Shown here in pieces: positions 11,476 through 20,881 of a DNA stretch of 64,000 bases. Made by a program: the position numbers and the translations under genes. Below the pieces are notes generated by a model. The model was not told where the DNA came from and ran no database searches. It was given only the letters and a program-made list of their open reading frames with translations. Position 1 is the first letter of the stretch. Each line of letters begins with the position of its first letter. Source of the stretch: Candidatus Hydrogenedentota bacterium (GTDB lineage Bacteria; Hydrogenedentota; Hydrogenedentia; Hydrogenedentales; JAEUWI01); contig JAXMOL010000029.1 in the NCBI GenBank assembly GCA_034669905.1, positions 26,010 to 90,009 of the forward strand, read 5' to 3'.

Positions 11476-11585
11476 CAACTTCCTCGACCAGTTGGACGGG
11501 CTGTCGGACCGTGTGCTACGCCCTAAAAAGCCGGGCCGCCCCAAGAAGCGTGCGGGGGAAAGGGTAGAATTACGTAGTCTGTCCC
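11468..11585 (+). pseudogene. probable 3' remnant and right end of an HUH/Y1 (IS200-like/RAYT-like) transposase
   Basis: Translates FLDQLDGLSDRVLRPKKPGRPKK, resembling Y1 transposase C-termini from memory; followed by AATTACGTAGTCTGTCCC. Confidence 0.5.
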
Positions 11586-11590
11586 TTGGT

Positions 11591-13246
11591 TCTTTGAATT
11601 ATCAACATACAGATTCCAGCCGAGTGGTCGTGTCGGTGGCGGGCGGCGATGCGCCCCTGGAATTGAACCGGGGGACGAGTTCGCCCACCAGACGCTATAT
11701 TACGGTGCGGGGAGGGACGGCCTTGTCGCTGACGGCCGAGTCGAACAATCCAAGTGGTACCGGCTTGCGGGTCTATGGCGAGTATTCGCAAGCGTCGACC
11801 AACGCCCTGTCGAGTTCTTCCGTGATGACCATTGCGGCACCTTATGTGGCGATCAGTGGTGGCGCGGCACCCTACGGCACGGGCACGGTAATGGGTACGA
11901 TGGCGAACGGCCAGGCGGTGGTGGCCATGGGGGATTTGGAAATTCCCATTACGATGGACCGCCTCGTCTACCCGCTGCCGAACCCGACCACGGCGCCCTG
12001 GACGAAATGGACCGAATTCCAGTGGCTTCCTGACCCGGGGTTCTACGTCTATTCGGTAACCAGTCCCGATGCCACCGACCAAAACCCCAATCCGACCGGC
12101 AGCGCCGAAACGCGGCCCATGAAAATCCTGACCTTGAATGACGCGGAGTGTCTGGATGATTGTGATCTGAACGAACACGGAAACGCCAAGCTCATCAACG
12201 CCAAGCGCTACTACATGGGGCCCCGAGCGAATAACCCCAATGGGGAGTTGGTGGGCTTACGCCCGGTGACACACCCGGGCCATGTCTTCAAGGGCTTTGA
12301 CATCTCCGGTACGGACAATGTCTGGCTCGCCGAAGATGAGGAGGTGGACGATTTCTACAGTCTGTCCGATATAACTGGTCCGGCCACAAAGAACGGGGAT
12401 GGACTGTACATGTGCGAGGAAACGGAGCCCCTGTATATTGAGATGTCTGAGAGTGTTAGTGTGACGCCGGTGTTTGAGGGGCCACCAGAGCTTTACTGGT
12501 TTTGCAGGGCGCTGTGTTTGCCACAGAAACGAACTACCATTGGAATTGGTGAAGAAGTTTCCGTTCATGCACTCGGCAGCGATGGTCAGATCTACGGACA
12601 GTCTGTACGGTGGGATATTGAGGGCATCGGTGCCAAGTCGATCTCGCCGTCTTACGGTAAGAATGCAATTTTTACGGCGGCAAAAGTTGTCGGTCCAGCA
12701 TCGGCAACCGTTTTCGCCTATGATGGTGATTGCGTTGTTGCTGAATTGCATTTTACGGTGCTCAGCCCGACAGGAGAAGCAACCGTACATGATTCCGATG
12801 ACAGCCCATGGCAGAGTGGGAGTGAGGCTCTCAGTGCGAGGACCATATTCGAAGTGACGGTTCTTCCCAATACGGTATGTTTCGGGAATATCCAAATTGA
12901 TGAAGAAGATGATGAGGTCTCTAGTCCTTGGCCCAATGAAGGCATGGGTGATTGGTCTACGTCGTCTGGCTCAACGTTTGATGTAGAGTGCGACAACACG
13001 TTCTTGGACTATTTCACAGAAGACTTGGCGCTCAAGTGGAATTTCTTTATAGATGATACTGACAGTTATGTGGATTTCAATGCCCTATTCAGTTTTCGCA
13101 ATAGATTTCCAACTGATTCCGGTACTTGGGTCTACTACGCGGACGTCGAAACTTGGGTAGAATATAAACCTAGTTTTTACTTCATGACCCGACACAAACG
13201 AAACGGTGTTTCAGGAGATTGGGTGGGGCCATGGCGTTATTGGTGA
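11591..13246 (+). pseudogene. start-less C-terminal module of a large extracellular (polymorphic toxin-like) protein
   Basis: The 11387 ORF begins in repeat/transposase DNA; coding-like sequence starts right after the end motif; no signal peptide; beta-repeat-like segments (HPGHVFKGF, MSESVSVTPVF), then RTTIGIGEEV and a more AT-rich acidic tail. Confidence 0.6.
11594..11752 (+). repeat. 159 bp coding repeat, copy A
   Basis: 154/159 identical to 14439-14597; encodes LNYQHTDS.RVVVSVAGGDAPLELNRGTSSPTRRYITVRGGTALSLTAESNNP. Confidence 0.95.
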
Positions 13247-13310
13247 TAGGATCTAATAATGAAAACCAAGGGGCGCGCGCAAGTGACAAGCCGCGAAGAA
13301 AGGTGTTGCT

Positions 13311-14168
13311 GTGAAATATAATTCGATGCTCCTCGTTAGAGTGTTCATTTTGGTTGGGGTGATGCCAAGCTTGGCGTTTGCTGATGCACTCCAAGATGAG
13401 CTGGATGCGTTGCATACAGAGATCGTTCAGCACGAGGGAGCCGTCGGCGAAGGGGAGCTGAAATATCTTGAGTTGGTAAAGGAATACAATAAGCCGGAAC
13501 AAGTCGGTCGTATATACGCCGGGTTGGCAGATATGTTTTTCGATTTAGGGTCGGCCGATACGGATTCCGTAAAAAAATACGCTCGATTGGCTTTGACTTA
13601 TCCGTTGGATCCATTAATATCAATGAAAATGTATTTAATTCTTGGCGAAGTGTTGGGTCGTCACGATGAAGGCCGGAATATGCCTGCGGGTGCGTTGACC
13701 AATAGTACTATTGCCTACATGAAGGGGCTCAGGGTCGGGATAGACCAAAAACTGCCCGATGACCTTCGCGAACCTTTAAAGACCTTCGCACTCCGCGGGA
13801 GCGGGCCTGACTACGAGCGGCTACAACGGGAAAACGAGGAGCGGCGAGAGGCTCGAAGAGAATGGTCCCGAATCAAGGAGTTATTGGATATGCGGGACAC
13901 GTTAGAGAGGCGACTATTTTTTTCTTATTGTGAAACTGAGCGATCGGAGAGGGAGTTGAAGGAGTTGGCGATTCAGTATCTGGCGGACGAATTTGCAACA
14001 ACAAGACTTCTTGCCCGATTCAAGAAAGCAAAGGATGAACTTGCCGGCATAGCGATTGAGGGCCCGTCTGTGCTGTATCCGCACGCGCCTGCCGATTTTC
14101 GTGAGAGAATGGGCCTGGGCCCCGTCTTGGAGTCGACCAAGAGCGAGGTAGTCCGCCAGAAAGAGTGA
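13311..14168 (+). CDS. secreted helical hypothetical protein (candidate partner/immunity), 285 aa
   Basis: GTG start with upstream AAGGTG; signal peptide (..PSLAFA-DA); directly follows the module ORF; stop abuts a left-end motif. Confidence 0.75.
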   Translation: MKYNSMLLVRVFILVGVMPSLAFADALQDELDALHTEIVQHEGAVGEGELKYLELVKEYNKPEQVGRIYAGLADMFFDLGSADTDSVKKYARLALTYPLDPLISMKMYLILGEVLGRHDEGRNMPAGALTNSTIAYMKGLRVGIDQKLPDDLREPLKTFALRGSGPDYERLQRENEERREARREWSRIKELLDMRDTLERRLFFSYCETERSERELKELAIQYLADEFATTRLLARFKKAKDELAGIAIEGPSVLYPHAPADFRERMGLGPVLESTKSEVVRQKE

Positions 14169-14172
14169 CGGT

Positions 14173-14229
14173 AAACCCAGGAACACCCAGGGACGGACTA
14201 CTATTTTGACAGCGATTGAGTGTGCGAGT
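14173..14229 (+). repeat. left-end motif L1 (AACACCCAGGGACGGACTAC..GACAGCGATTGAG)
   Basis: Related to 14599-14660 and 16328-16378; inverted relative to GTAGTCTGTCCCTTGG at 11574-11589 (14/16). Confidence 0.75.
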
Positions 14230-14231
14230 CG

Positions 14232-14597
14232 GTAGGCGATGTTCATTACTGGCATGACCTTGTGGTAAAGGCCTCATTTCCGGTGGGTACGGAGGTGCAT
14301 GTGAAGGCGACGGATGAGGACTGGTTTTTGAGTTGGATGGCGAAGGGTTCGCTGCTCCATGGGAGTCCCGTTGCCGAGGATAGTTTCATGCTGACGCAGG
14401 ATACCACGGTGATTGGCCTGGCGAAGGGTGCTCAGAGCTTGAATTATCAACATACGGATTCCAATCGGGTGGTCGTGTCGGTGGCGGGCGGCGATGCGCC
14501 CCTGGAGTTGAACCGGGGGACGAGTTCGCCCACCAGACGCTATATTACGGTGCGGGGAGGGACGGCCTTGTCGCTGACGGCCGAGTCGAACAATCCA
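14232..14597 (+). pseudogene. internal fragment of the same large protein gene, ending in repeat copy B
   Basis: Open frame (..FPVGTEVHVKATDEDWFLSW..SLNYQHTD..SNNP) without a credible start, truncated at left-end motif L2. Confidence 0.7.
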
Positions 14598-14598
14598 G

Positions 14599-14786
14599 AA
14601 AACTTAGAGAAAACTTAGGGACGGACTACCGTTTCTTGGCAGCGACTGAGGGTGTGAGGCCTCGAGCCTACGGCCACCGGGACAGGAACGCGCGTCGGCG
14701 TGGCGGAGGTGATGCGACGGGTGCGGGTTGGCGCGACGCGACCGCGACTACCCAGGGCATTTGGGCGCGATACCGTCCCTTGGGTG
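14599..14786. mobile_element. short non-autonomous element bounded by GGGACGG.. / ..CCGTCCC ends
   Basis: GAAAACTTAGGGACGGACTAC ... GCGATACCGTCCCTTGGGTG; a sister element lies at 16328-16477. Confidence 0.55.
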
Positions 14787-15102
14787 CGCTTTCGGGTGGG
14801 TAGGAGTCACCCCTATGGAGCGCCGACGGCCCGTCGGCATGGGTGCCAATGGCACCTCATCGGAGTCCGCTCTTGGAGCCGTTGGGACCCCTTCGACCTT
14901 TTTGACATGGGTAATAAGTCATAGGGATACTATAGAAGTAATTCACGGGCGACGGCGCTCGTGTTGCATTGCGGCAAGCGACAGAGGCTTTGGGGAAACG
15001 GCAGGAGCAAATCCATGTGGGCTTCGAGTGCCAGGGGTGCCTGGACTGATGGCGCTACTCCATGCAGGAAAGAGGGGTTTTGGTGACTGTCTCTAGTCGG
15101 TT
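14662..15102 (+). repeat. ~440 bp direct repeat, copy 2
   Basis: Colinear with 11034-11475; ends ~27 bp before the ATG at 15129. Confidence 0.95.
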
Positions 15103-15128
15103 CCTGAGTATCGAGAGAGGAAATCAAC

Positions 15129-16247
15129 ATGAAAAGAGTGCCTATCACAAGACTTCTTATTCTCTTGGTGTTTACCACTCCGGCATTTGGAGTTGCCGAC
15201 TCTGTCGGCACGGAAGAGGAGCACGTCTATGTGGTTTCCGCCCAAGATTATAATGGTCCACTCTATCGTCTAAAGATGGCCCTCGATGCAAAATTGGAAC
15301 CTGTGGGTCACTTTCCACCGCTTCAGTATTCTCGGTCCTCAATAGCCTTCAGGCCTGGTCACGACGAGGTGTACGAATTCAAAGGCAATCGAATCGGTGT
15401 ACTCAATTTGAATTCGGGGCGTACGCGGGAAGTCGTTGTTGACGCTGTTAAATACTTCGGAAGAGCTACCGTTTTTTCTGAAGAGGGCGACTACCTTTAC
15501 ACCAATGCAATCGAGCCTGACGGGAAGGGGTATGTCGGTGTAGTCATCGACCCAGAGAAGGGTACGGTACTAAAGCGGATTCAAGAAACTAGAAATTTCT
15601 TTGATACGGCTTGTTTTCTTGTTGGCGAACAATCGCTTCTCTACGGAAGCCGTCGCGGTTTGGTAAATGTGCCTATCACAGGTGACCGTGGTGAGTCGGT
15701 TATTTCTTACTTCACCACCACCAGCAATTTCATACCCTCGGATATTTCTATTCGCGGCGGTACTGTCTACGTTCTTGCTCACGGGCAGAAGGAGAATGCA
15801 GGGTATACCGAGCTGTTGAGAAGAACTGAAAACGAACTGGAGTTCTTGGGTAAGATGCGTGGCGAACCCTTCGGAAACAACGGTGTGAAGGGGGATTGGT
15901 ATTCCTTCGAATGGGAAACCGATACGGTGAACTGTCTCGGGGACGTGAAACCTTCTTACAGAGCCTCGTTGATGGAGCAATTGGGGAAAGAGCGGTTCAA
16001 GAAGTATACAGGCGATGAGAAGACTGGGTACAAGTATGTACTTGACGATCAGTACGTGTACTTGGATGATATCCATTTTACGGATGCCCATCTCGCACCA
16101 AGTGGTAATTTCAGTGTTTTCGTTCACGATGGCGGAGAACGGCGCCCAAGCTTTGTCGTTCTGAGAGACAACAAGAACGGGAAGTGGGGCAGAATCCAAT
16201 GTCTTTCAAAGATTGGTCCAGGAATGACGAACATCGTTTTCGATTAG
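15129..16247 (+). CDS. secreted beta-rich hypothetical protein (orphan partner/immunity candidate), 372 aa
   Basis: GAGAGG RBS; signal peptide (..TTPAFG-VA); beta-propeller-like composition; more AT-rich than the flanks by eye. Confidence 0.8.
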   Translation: MKRVPITRLLILLVFTTPAFGVADSVGTEEEHVYVVSAQDYNGPLYRLKMALDAKLEPVGHFPPLQYSRSSIAFRPGHDEVYEFKGNRIGVLNLNSGRTREVVVDAVKYFGRATVFSEEGDYLYTNAIEPDGKGYVGVVIDPEKGTVLKRIQETRNFFDTACFLVGEQSLLYGSRRGLVNVPITGDRGESVISYFTTTSNFIPSDISIRGGTVYVLAHGQKENAGYTELLRRTENELEFLGKMRGEPFGNNGVKGDWYSFEWETDTVNCLGDVKPSYRASLMEQLGKERFKKYTGDEKTGYKYVLDDQYVYLDDIHFTDAHLAPSGNFSVFVHDGGERRPSFVVLRDNKNGKWGRIQCLSKIGPGMTNIVFD

Positions 16248-16264
16248 GGGGAAGGGAAGGAAAA

Positions 16265-16327
16265 GGCGGCGATGCGCCCCTGGAGCTGAACCGGGGATAG
16301 GTTCGTTGACCAGACGCTATATCACGG
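16265..16327 (+). repeat. degenerate third copy (C) of the coding repeat
   Basis: GGCGGCGATGCGCCCCTGGAGCTGAACCGGGG..ACCAGACGCTATATCACGG matches 11642-11705 with substitutions and a 1 bp deletion. Confidence 0.85.
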
Positions 16328-16477
16328 AAAACCCAGGGGCGGACTGCTGTTTCTTGGCAGCGACTGAATCCGCGAGGTGGCGTATTGCAATGGGCTACGA
16401 TATCTACGCTTCCCAAACGATCTCCCAGAGGGCCTATGGAGCTCGGACGCCCGACGCGATACTGTCCCTTGGGTGTT
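16328..16477. mobile_element. short non-autonomous element, sister of 14599-14786
   Basis: AAAACCCAGGGGCGGACTGCTGTTTCTTGGCAGCGACTGA ... GCGATACTGTCCCTTGGGTGTT. Confidence 0.55.
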
Positions 16478-16610
16478 GAAGCAGCTGCACGTGTGCCTTT
16501 CTTTGATGGCGCTCAAGGCGGCGCGTTTTCCAAAGCGGCATGGCGGGGGGGAGGTAGGCCTGCGCGGAACATTGCCGTTCGCGCGCTTCGAGGCCCGCAA
16601 GTTCACCTCC

Positions 16611-17795
16611 TCAACGGCTGTGAGTTTTGCCGTTGTGATGCTGCTCGTAGTGCTGCCGCAGTAAGTCCTTGCCGTAGTCATTGCCATTGGGCGTTCGGAC
16701 CACGGCGTGGATGTGGTCTCGGGATGGTTCGCGGGAGCGGAAGGGGGCCACGCGATTCTGGTGGTCGAATTCGATGAGGATGACCGGGCTATGAATGCGA
16801 TAGTAAAAGACGCTGTCTTCCCGGGTACTTCCAACCCACGCGAAATAGGTGCGATCGAGGTGCTGCTTCACTTCCTCCATTTTAATGGCGGCGTGCCCCT
16901 CCTTCATGTTGCCGACATATAGGGCGATGACGTCGAGCAGGCGTTGCGTTTGCGCTTCGTCGAGATTGGCGCATTCCAGGCCGGTGTAGTCGAGATCCAG
17001 GTTGTCCTCGTAGGCCTGGGCGAGTGCGTTGTTGCCTGCTTTCACTTCCGAAATGGTCGCCTGTTTCTGTTGGTCTTCGTTGAGGGACTGCATAAACTGC
17101 AAGCCCTTGTTCTGTTCATCTTGCAGGATAATCGTGCCCTTGAATTTCCCCGACGTGGCATGGACCGGTTCGCTGCCGACGAAGACGGGCGACATGACGA
17201 CCTGATCGCCCAGCACGAAGTAGTTGATGACAAGGTGATGGCCGTCGAGCTGCCAGCCCCAGGGTTCGGTGGGTGATGGTTCCCCCATGATCGTGATCCA
17301 ATACAACCATTCGCCATACTCATCGTATTTCTCGGTCAGTTCGGCCAGGGTGCCGTTGAGTTTCATGATGTCCTGCGTGAGCTTGAGCCCTTTTGCGCTC
17401 AGGCTGGCACGGAGCAGCCCAAAGGCGCGTCCCCGTTGTTGTTCATCCATTTCGTCAAACCCAACGCCCTGGCGTTTGGGGCGGTGACGATTGTCCCACT
17501 TCCTCCACTCGGAATCATCCACCGGAAAGATGGTCTGCTCCCGCTGGGATTCCTTCAATCCCGCAAGAAAATCCTCGGCCGCGCTGACCACGGGCGCGGT
17601 AGTCACCCCCGTGGATTTGATTCTAAACAAGCCGGTTTCGATTTTTCCGTCGGCCGCCACGCCACGGAACGGTTGTTGCAGGGAATCATCGCCCCCGCCA
17701 CGGGGTCCCCGTTGGGGTGGTTGGGAAACGGCGGTGATGCCAATCAACAAAACAGCGGCCAATCCCGCACAAAGGGCTACATGTTTTCTTTTCAT
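16611..17795 (-). CDS. DUF3500 family secreted protein
   Basis: Signal peptide from [48 protein letters not shown] motifs. Confidence 0.88.
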   Translation of the reverse strand: MKRKHVALCAGLAAVLLIGITAVSQPPQRGPRGGGDDSLQQPFRGVAADGKIETGLFRIKSTGVTTAPVVSAAEDFLAGLKESQREQTIFPVDDSEWRKWDNRHRPKRQGVGFDEMDEQQRGRAFGLLRASLSAKGLKLTQDIMKLNGTLAELTEKYDEYGEWLYWITIMGEPSPTEPWGWQLDGHHLVINYFVLGDQVVMSPVFVGSEPVHATSGKFKGTIILQDEQNKGLQFMQSLNEDQQKQATISEVKAGNNALAQAYEDNLDLDYTGLECANLDEAQTQRLLDVIALYVGNMKEGHAAIKMEEVKQHLDRTYFAWVGSTREDSVFYYRIHSPVILIEFDHQNRVAPFRSREPSRDHIHAVVRTPNGNDYGKDLLRQHYEQHHNGKTHSR

Positions 17796-17898
17796 TGGAA
17801 AATCCGTTCTCCGGTGTTTTTCTTGGTAAGTAGGGTTTTCGCCGTCATAACATGGGGCCTGAAAGCGGCGTATGGAGGCGCAACAGAAAACCATTTCT

Positions 17899-17971
17899 AT
17901 GTGCTCTTTGCGTTCTTTGAGGTTACAAACAAGGAGCTTTTCAACCACAAAGAACGCAAAGAACACAAAGA
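17899..17971. repeat. outward-facing pair of 9-nt-period repeats
   Basis: GTGCTCTTTGCGTTCTTTGAGGTT and AACCACAAAGAACGCAAAGAACACAAAG are near reverse complements. Confidence 0.65.
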
Positions 17972-18027
17972 TGGGCTGCCGTGTGGTCTTAAAAAGCGGG
18001 TCTGCAAAATAGAGACCGCCCACAATT

Positions 18028-19398
18028 CTATTCCTCGGTGGGCACCTTGGATGCCAGTTGTCGGTGTACCTCGTTCACGATTTTTTCTTCCAGTCCCGGT
18101 GCCCAGTGTGCGGGACGTCCCTGGTAGACCATGGCTTTGCCGCCTTCGTAGCCCCCTTCGGCGAGGACCCGTTCGGAAGGGATGTAGGCACAGAGGTCGT
18201 TGGCGTAGGTGGCGACCCAGGTGTTTTCTTTGCCGAGTTCTTTCTTGAATCGCAGGGAATAGTCGACCACGGCTTCGCCGCCGAGGAAGATGGCGTTCAG
18301 TGAATCGCCAATCTGGAGTGTTTGAATCGGCACGGGGTAGTTCGGCGCAATCGGGATGCCCTTGTCCAGCTGCTCCAGCAGGATTTTGGCGCGCCGCTGA
18401 TGGTATACGTCATCCCCTTTCAAATCCGCCTGCAGGGTTTCGCGCGTGGGAAGGGTGTCGAAGTCCAGGCTAATCCGTTCTAACTGGGGGTTGATGGGGC
18501 CGGAGAGAGGGCGCATGGGGGTCTTCAGGACGTCCTCCACGGCGTCGGCCAGGCGCTTGCCATACTCACGGGCCAATCGAAGTTCACGCCGCGGCAGGGG
18601 GTTGATATCACCTCCGCACCCGGTGACGAAGAGCGCGGTGGCGTCGGGATGCATCGCTTCGAGTTCCGCTTGCGCAAAACCCGGATAGTCACCGGACCAC
18701 TGGTATAACTCCACGGTGGTGGCATGACAGGCGTACCCGAAGGCCACGGCCGTCAGCTTGCCATCGGGGTCGGTCACCCGCAAGACCGGCACATCGTGAT
18801 CCACCGGACCCTGGGCCACAAAACCCGGCTTCCCGACCTCGGACTCTTTGTTGTTTCGCCGGTTCACCCCAAAGCCCGCGGTGCCGTTACCGAAGGCCAG
18901 ATGGGCCGGTTGGAGGTCTTCCATCAATTCTGCGGTCAGGGAGAGAATCTTCCCTTCCAGCACCTCGCTATACCGCTTCAGCGCCGCCACCTGAGTGTCA
19001 TCAATGGGATAAATGATCCTGTCTTCGATGGCGTGTAACGGCGGTCCACAATGGGTGTGGGTACATATCAGGGTGATCTGTTCTCGCGTCAGTCCGTGGG
19101 CTTCGCTGATACGCTTCGTGACCGATTCGACAAAGGGTGCCGGCAAGGTGATTACCTCGAGGGATATCAGCAGGAATCGCCGGTCCTGATCGTCTTCCAG
19201 CAGCAAGCCTTTGGCATGGAGGTCGTGTACTTTCTCGGAGACGGGTTTCGTGCGGGACGCATAGCCCCCCGCCCACAACGGTCCTTCCGGCGTGATGACG
19301 ACCGCGCCCGATGCAGCCCGGTATTCGGCCCCCTGAACCAGTGATGTGACCGCGAAGGCCAGGGCGACGCAGAGGCGTAGTGTCCATGTGTAATGCAT
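18028..19398 (-). CDS. neutral/alkaline ceramidase N-terminal-domain family hydrolase (PVC type)
   Basis: Signal peptide; [44 protein letters not shown] motifs. Confidence 0.85.
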   Translation of the reverse strand: MHYTWTLRLCVALAFAVTSLVQGAEYRAASGAVVITPEGPLWAGGYASRTKPVSEKVHDLHAKGLLLEDDQDRRFLLISLEVITLPAPFVESVTKRISEAHGLTREQITLICTHTHCGPPLHAIEDRIIYPIDDTQVAALKRYSEVLEGKILSLTAELMEDLQPAHLAFGNGTAGFGVNRRNNKESEVGKPGFVAQGPVDHDVPVLRVTDPDGKLTAVAFGYACHATTVELYQWSGDYPGFAQAELEAMHPDATALFVTGCGGDINPLPRRELRLAREYGKRLADAVEDVLKTPMRPLSGPINPQLERISLDFDTLPTRETLQADLKGDDVYHQRRAKILLEQLDKGIPIAPNYPVPIQTLQIGDSLNAIFLGGEAVVDYSLRFKKELGKENTWVATYANDLCAYIPSERVLAEGGYEGGKAMVYQGRPAHWAPGLEEKIVNEVHRQLASKVPTEE

Positions 19399-19545
19399 AC
19401 GTTACTATCCTTCCCTGCGTCCGCAGGGAGTTGTAGAAGTTGTCCCGACTTACGCGCTGCGCATCCGCATGACCATTCAAGTTTTACCGGCCATAGACAC
19501 GAGCGCAGCGTTCAAGAAGCGAAAAATCATTATGCGTGCAGAGGG

Positions 19546-19557
19546 TACTTAAATCAA
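19546..19557. promoter_or_regulatory. third copy of the TGCTTAAATCAA operator-like motif
   Basis: TACTTAAATCAA (11/12) in the divergent intergenic region 19399-19731. Confidence 0.35.
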
Positions 19558-19731
19558 TGGTCAGGGGTACAAACGTATAGGAGGTGTCCATCGCGAACGT
19601 TGGGGGCGAAGTCCCGCCGCTTCCATTGCGATTGGTGTGTGGTCTTGCTATTCTCAGCTACTCCCATCGACGCATTTTTTCGGGCCGTTGCTGGGTTGCC
19701 GTTTTTTACACCCGATTGAAGAGGAGTATTC

Positions 19732-20787
19732 ATGAAGACTTCCCCGAACGCACGCGTCCACCTGTTGCTGGCGAGCACCTTGCTGCTGTCCTTATCCGCA
19801 TTCGCCCAGGAATCCACTCCCACGCCGGATGGGAAGGGGACCGCATCACAGACCGGTAGCCGCCATGACCTGACGGTCCGCGCCAGCGCGATTAACCCGC
19901 AGGCGAAAGAATACCCGGCAATCGACTACGTCTTCGCGGACGAAAAGGGCAATCCCAAGGACCAGCAGCACGCGGTGGTCGACCCCGAGGTGCCGTCCCG
20001 GGGCGAGTTGGTCATCTGGTTGATGGGCCATAATCAGCGCTTCTTCGAACACCTGGCCAGTTACGGACTGCACGCGATTCAGCCCCACTATGCGAACCGT
20101 TGGTTCTCCAAAATTGATGGGAAGAAACGGGATGACGGCACCAGCTTGGGCAAGGTGCGTCTCGAAGCGGCGACGGGTGAAGATCACAGCCCCCTGATAC
20201 ACCTTGCGAAACCCGATGGCCTCGCGCAGCGCTCAATTCAGATGGTGAAATGGCTGGCGGAAAGCCATCCGGAAGGCAAGTGGGGGCAGTTTCTAACGGA
20301 CGATGGTTCCGACCTGCGCTGGGACAAGGTGATCCTGTCCGGCATCTCCCACGGTTCGACGACGTCCGCGCGCTTTGCCAAACATCAGAAGGTGGCGCGG
20401 GTGGTCATGTTTTCGGGGCCCCGCGACCAGTTTGAAACCTGGCACGGCTTTCCTTCCGCCACACCGACGAATCGTTACTTCGGTTTTACCCACGTCCTCG
20501 ACGCGGGTTGGGTCGGCGACCACTATTGCCGCTCCTGGCAAATGCTGGGGCTGGCCGAGTTTGGGCCCCTGGTCAACGTGGACGGGGCAAGCGCCCCCTA
20601 CGGGAATTCGCGTCGGCTGATTACCAACAGCGACGTGGACAACGACAGTGGCCGCGCCCACGGCGTGGTGATTTCGGGTGCCGCCTGGCCGGGAGTATGG
20701 CGTTACCTGTTCACCCATCCGGTGGAAGAAACCGGGGACCCGGTGCCCTTCGATGAGGACTGCAGGATGGACCTGCGCGCCAAGTGA
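19732..20787 (+). CDS. secreted hydrolase-like protein (BPSS1187-like family)
   Basis: GAGGAG RBS, signal peptide, GISHG nucleophile-elbow-like motif, VMFSGPRD, SATP..R.FGF.H. Confidence 0.7.
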   Translation: MKTSPNARVHLLLASTLLLSLSAFAQESTPTPDGKGTASQTGSRHDLTVRASAINPQAKEYPAIDYVFADEKGNPKDQQHAVVDPEVPSRGELVIWLMGHNQRFFEHLASYGLHAIQPHYANRWFSKIDGKKRDDGTSLGKVRLEAATGEDHSPLIHLAKPDGLAQRSIQMVKWLAESHPEGKWGQFLTDDGSDLRWDKVILSGISHGSTTSARFAKHQKVARVVMFSGPRDQFETWHGFPSATPTNRYFGFTHVLDAGWVGDHYCRSWQMLGLAEFGPLVNVDGASAPYGNSRRLITNSDVDNDSGRAHGVVISGAAWPGVWRYLFTHPVEETGDPVPFDEDCRMDLRAK

Positions 20788-20881
20788 GCACATGCACCAC
20801 ACGGACTGGCTGGTTGAAGTTTCGGGCCAATTGAGTCCGGGTTCGGTTCGTGGCCGTGGGCACGACAAAAATCAAGGAGCT

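Noticed and set aside
11387..11590. N-terminus of the 619 aa ORF as genuine coding sequence
   Set aside because: It runs through the non-coding 440 bp repeat, a transposase-like tail and an end motif
11594..14597. Diversity-generating retroelement TR/VR pair
   Set aside because: Mismatches are few, mostly synonymous and not confined to adenines of one copy; the repeat is not at a gene 3' end; no reverse transcriptase in the window
11020..16480. Integron cassette array
   Set aside because: I saw no RYYYAAC...GTTRRRY attC structures at the junctions and no tyrosine integrase
17796..18023. Extended N-termini from the ORF track (also for ORFs ending or starting at 5075, 8720, 20678, 24635, 29291, 29297, 42700)
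   Set aside because: The extensions overlap repeats or neighbouring genes; downstream starts give proper signal peptides or RBS
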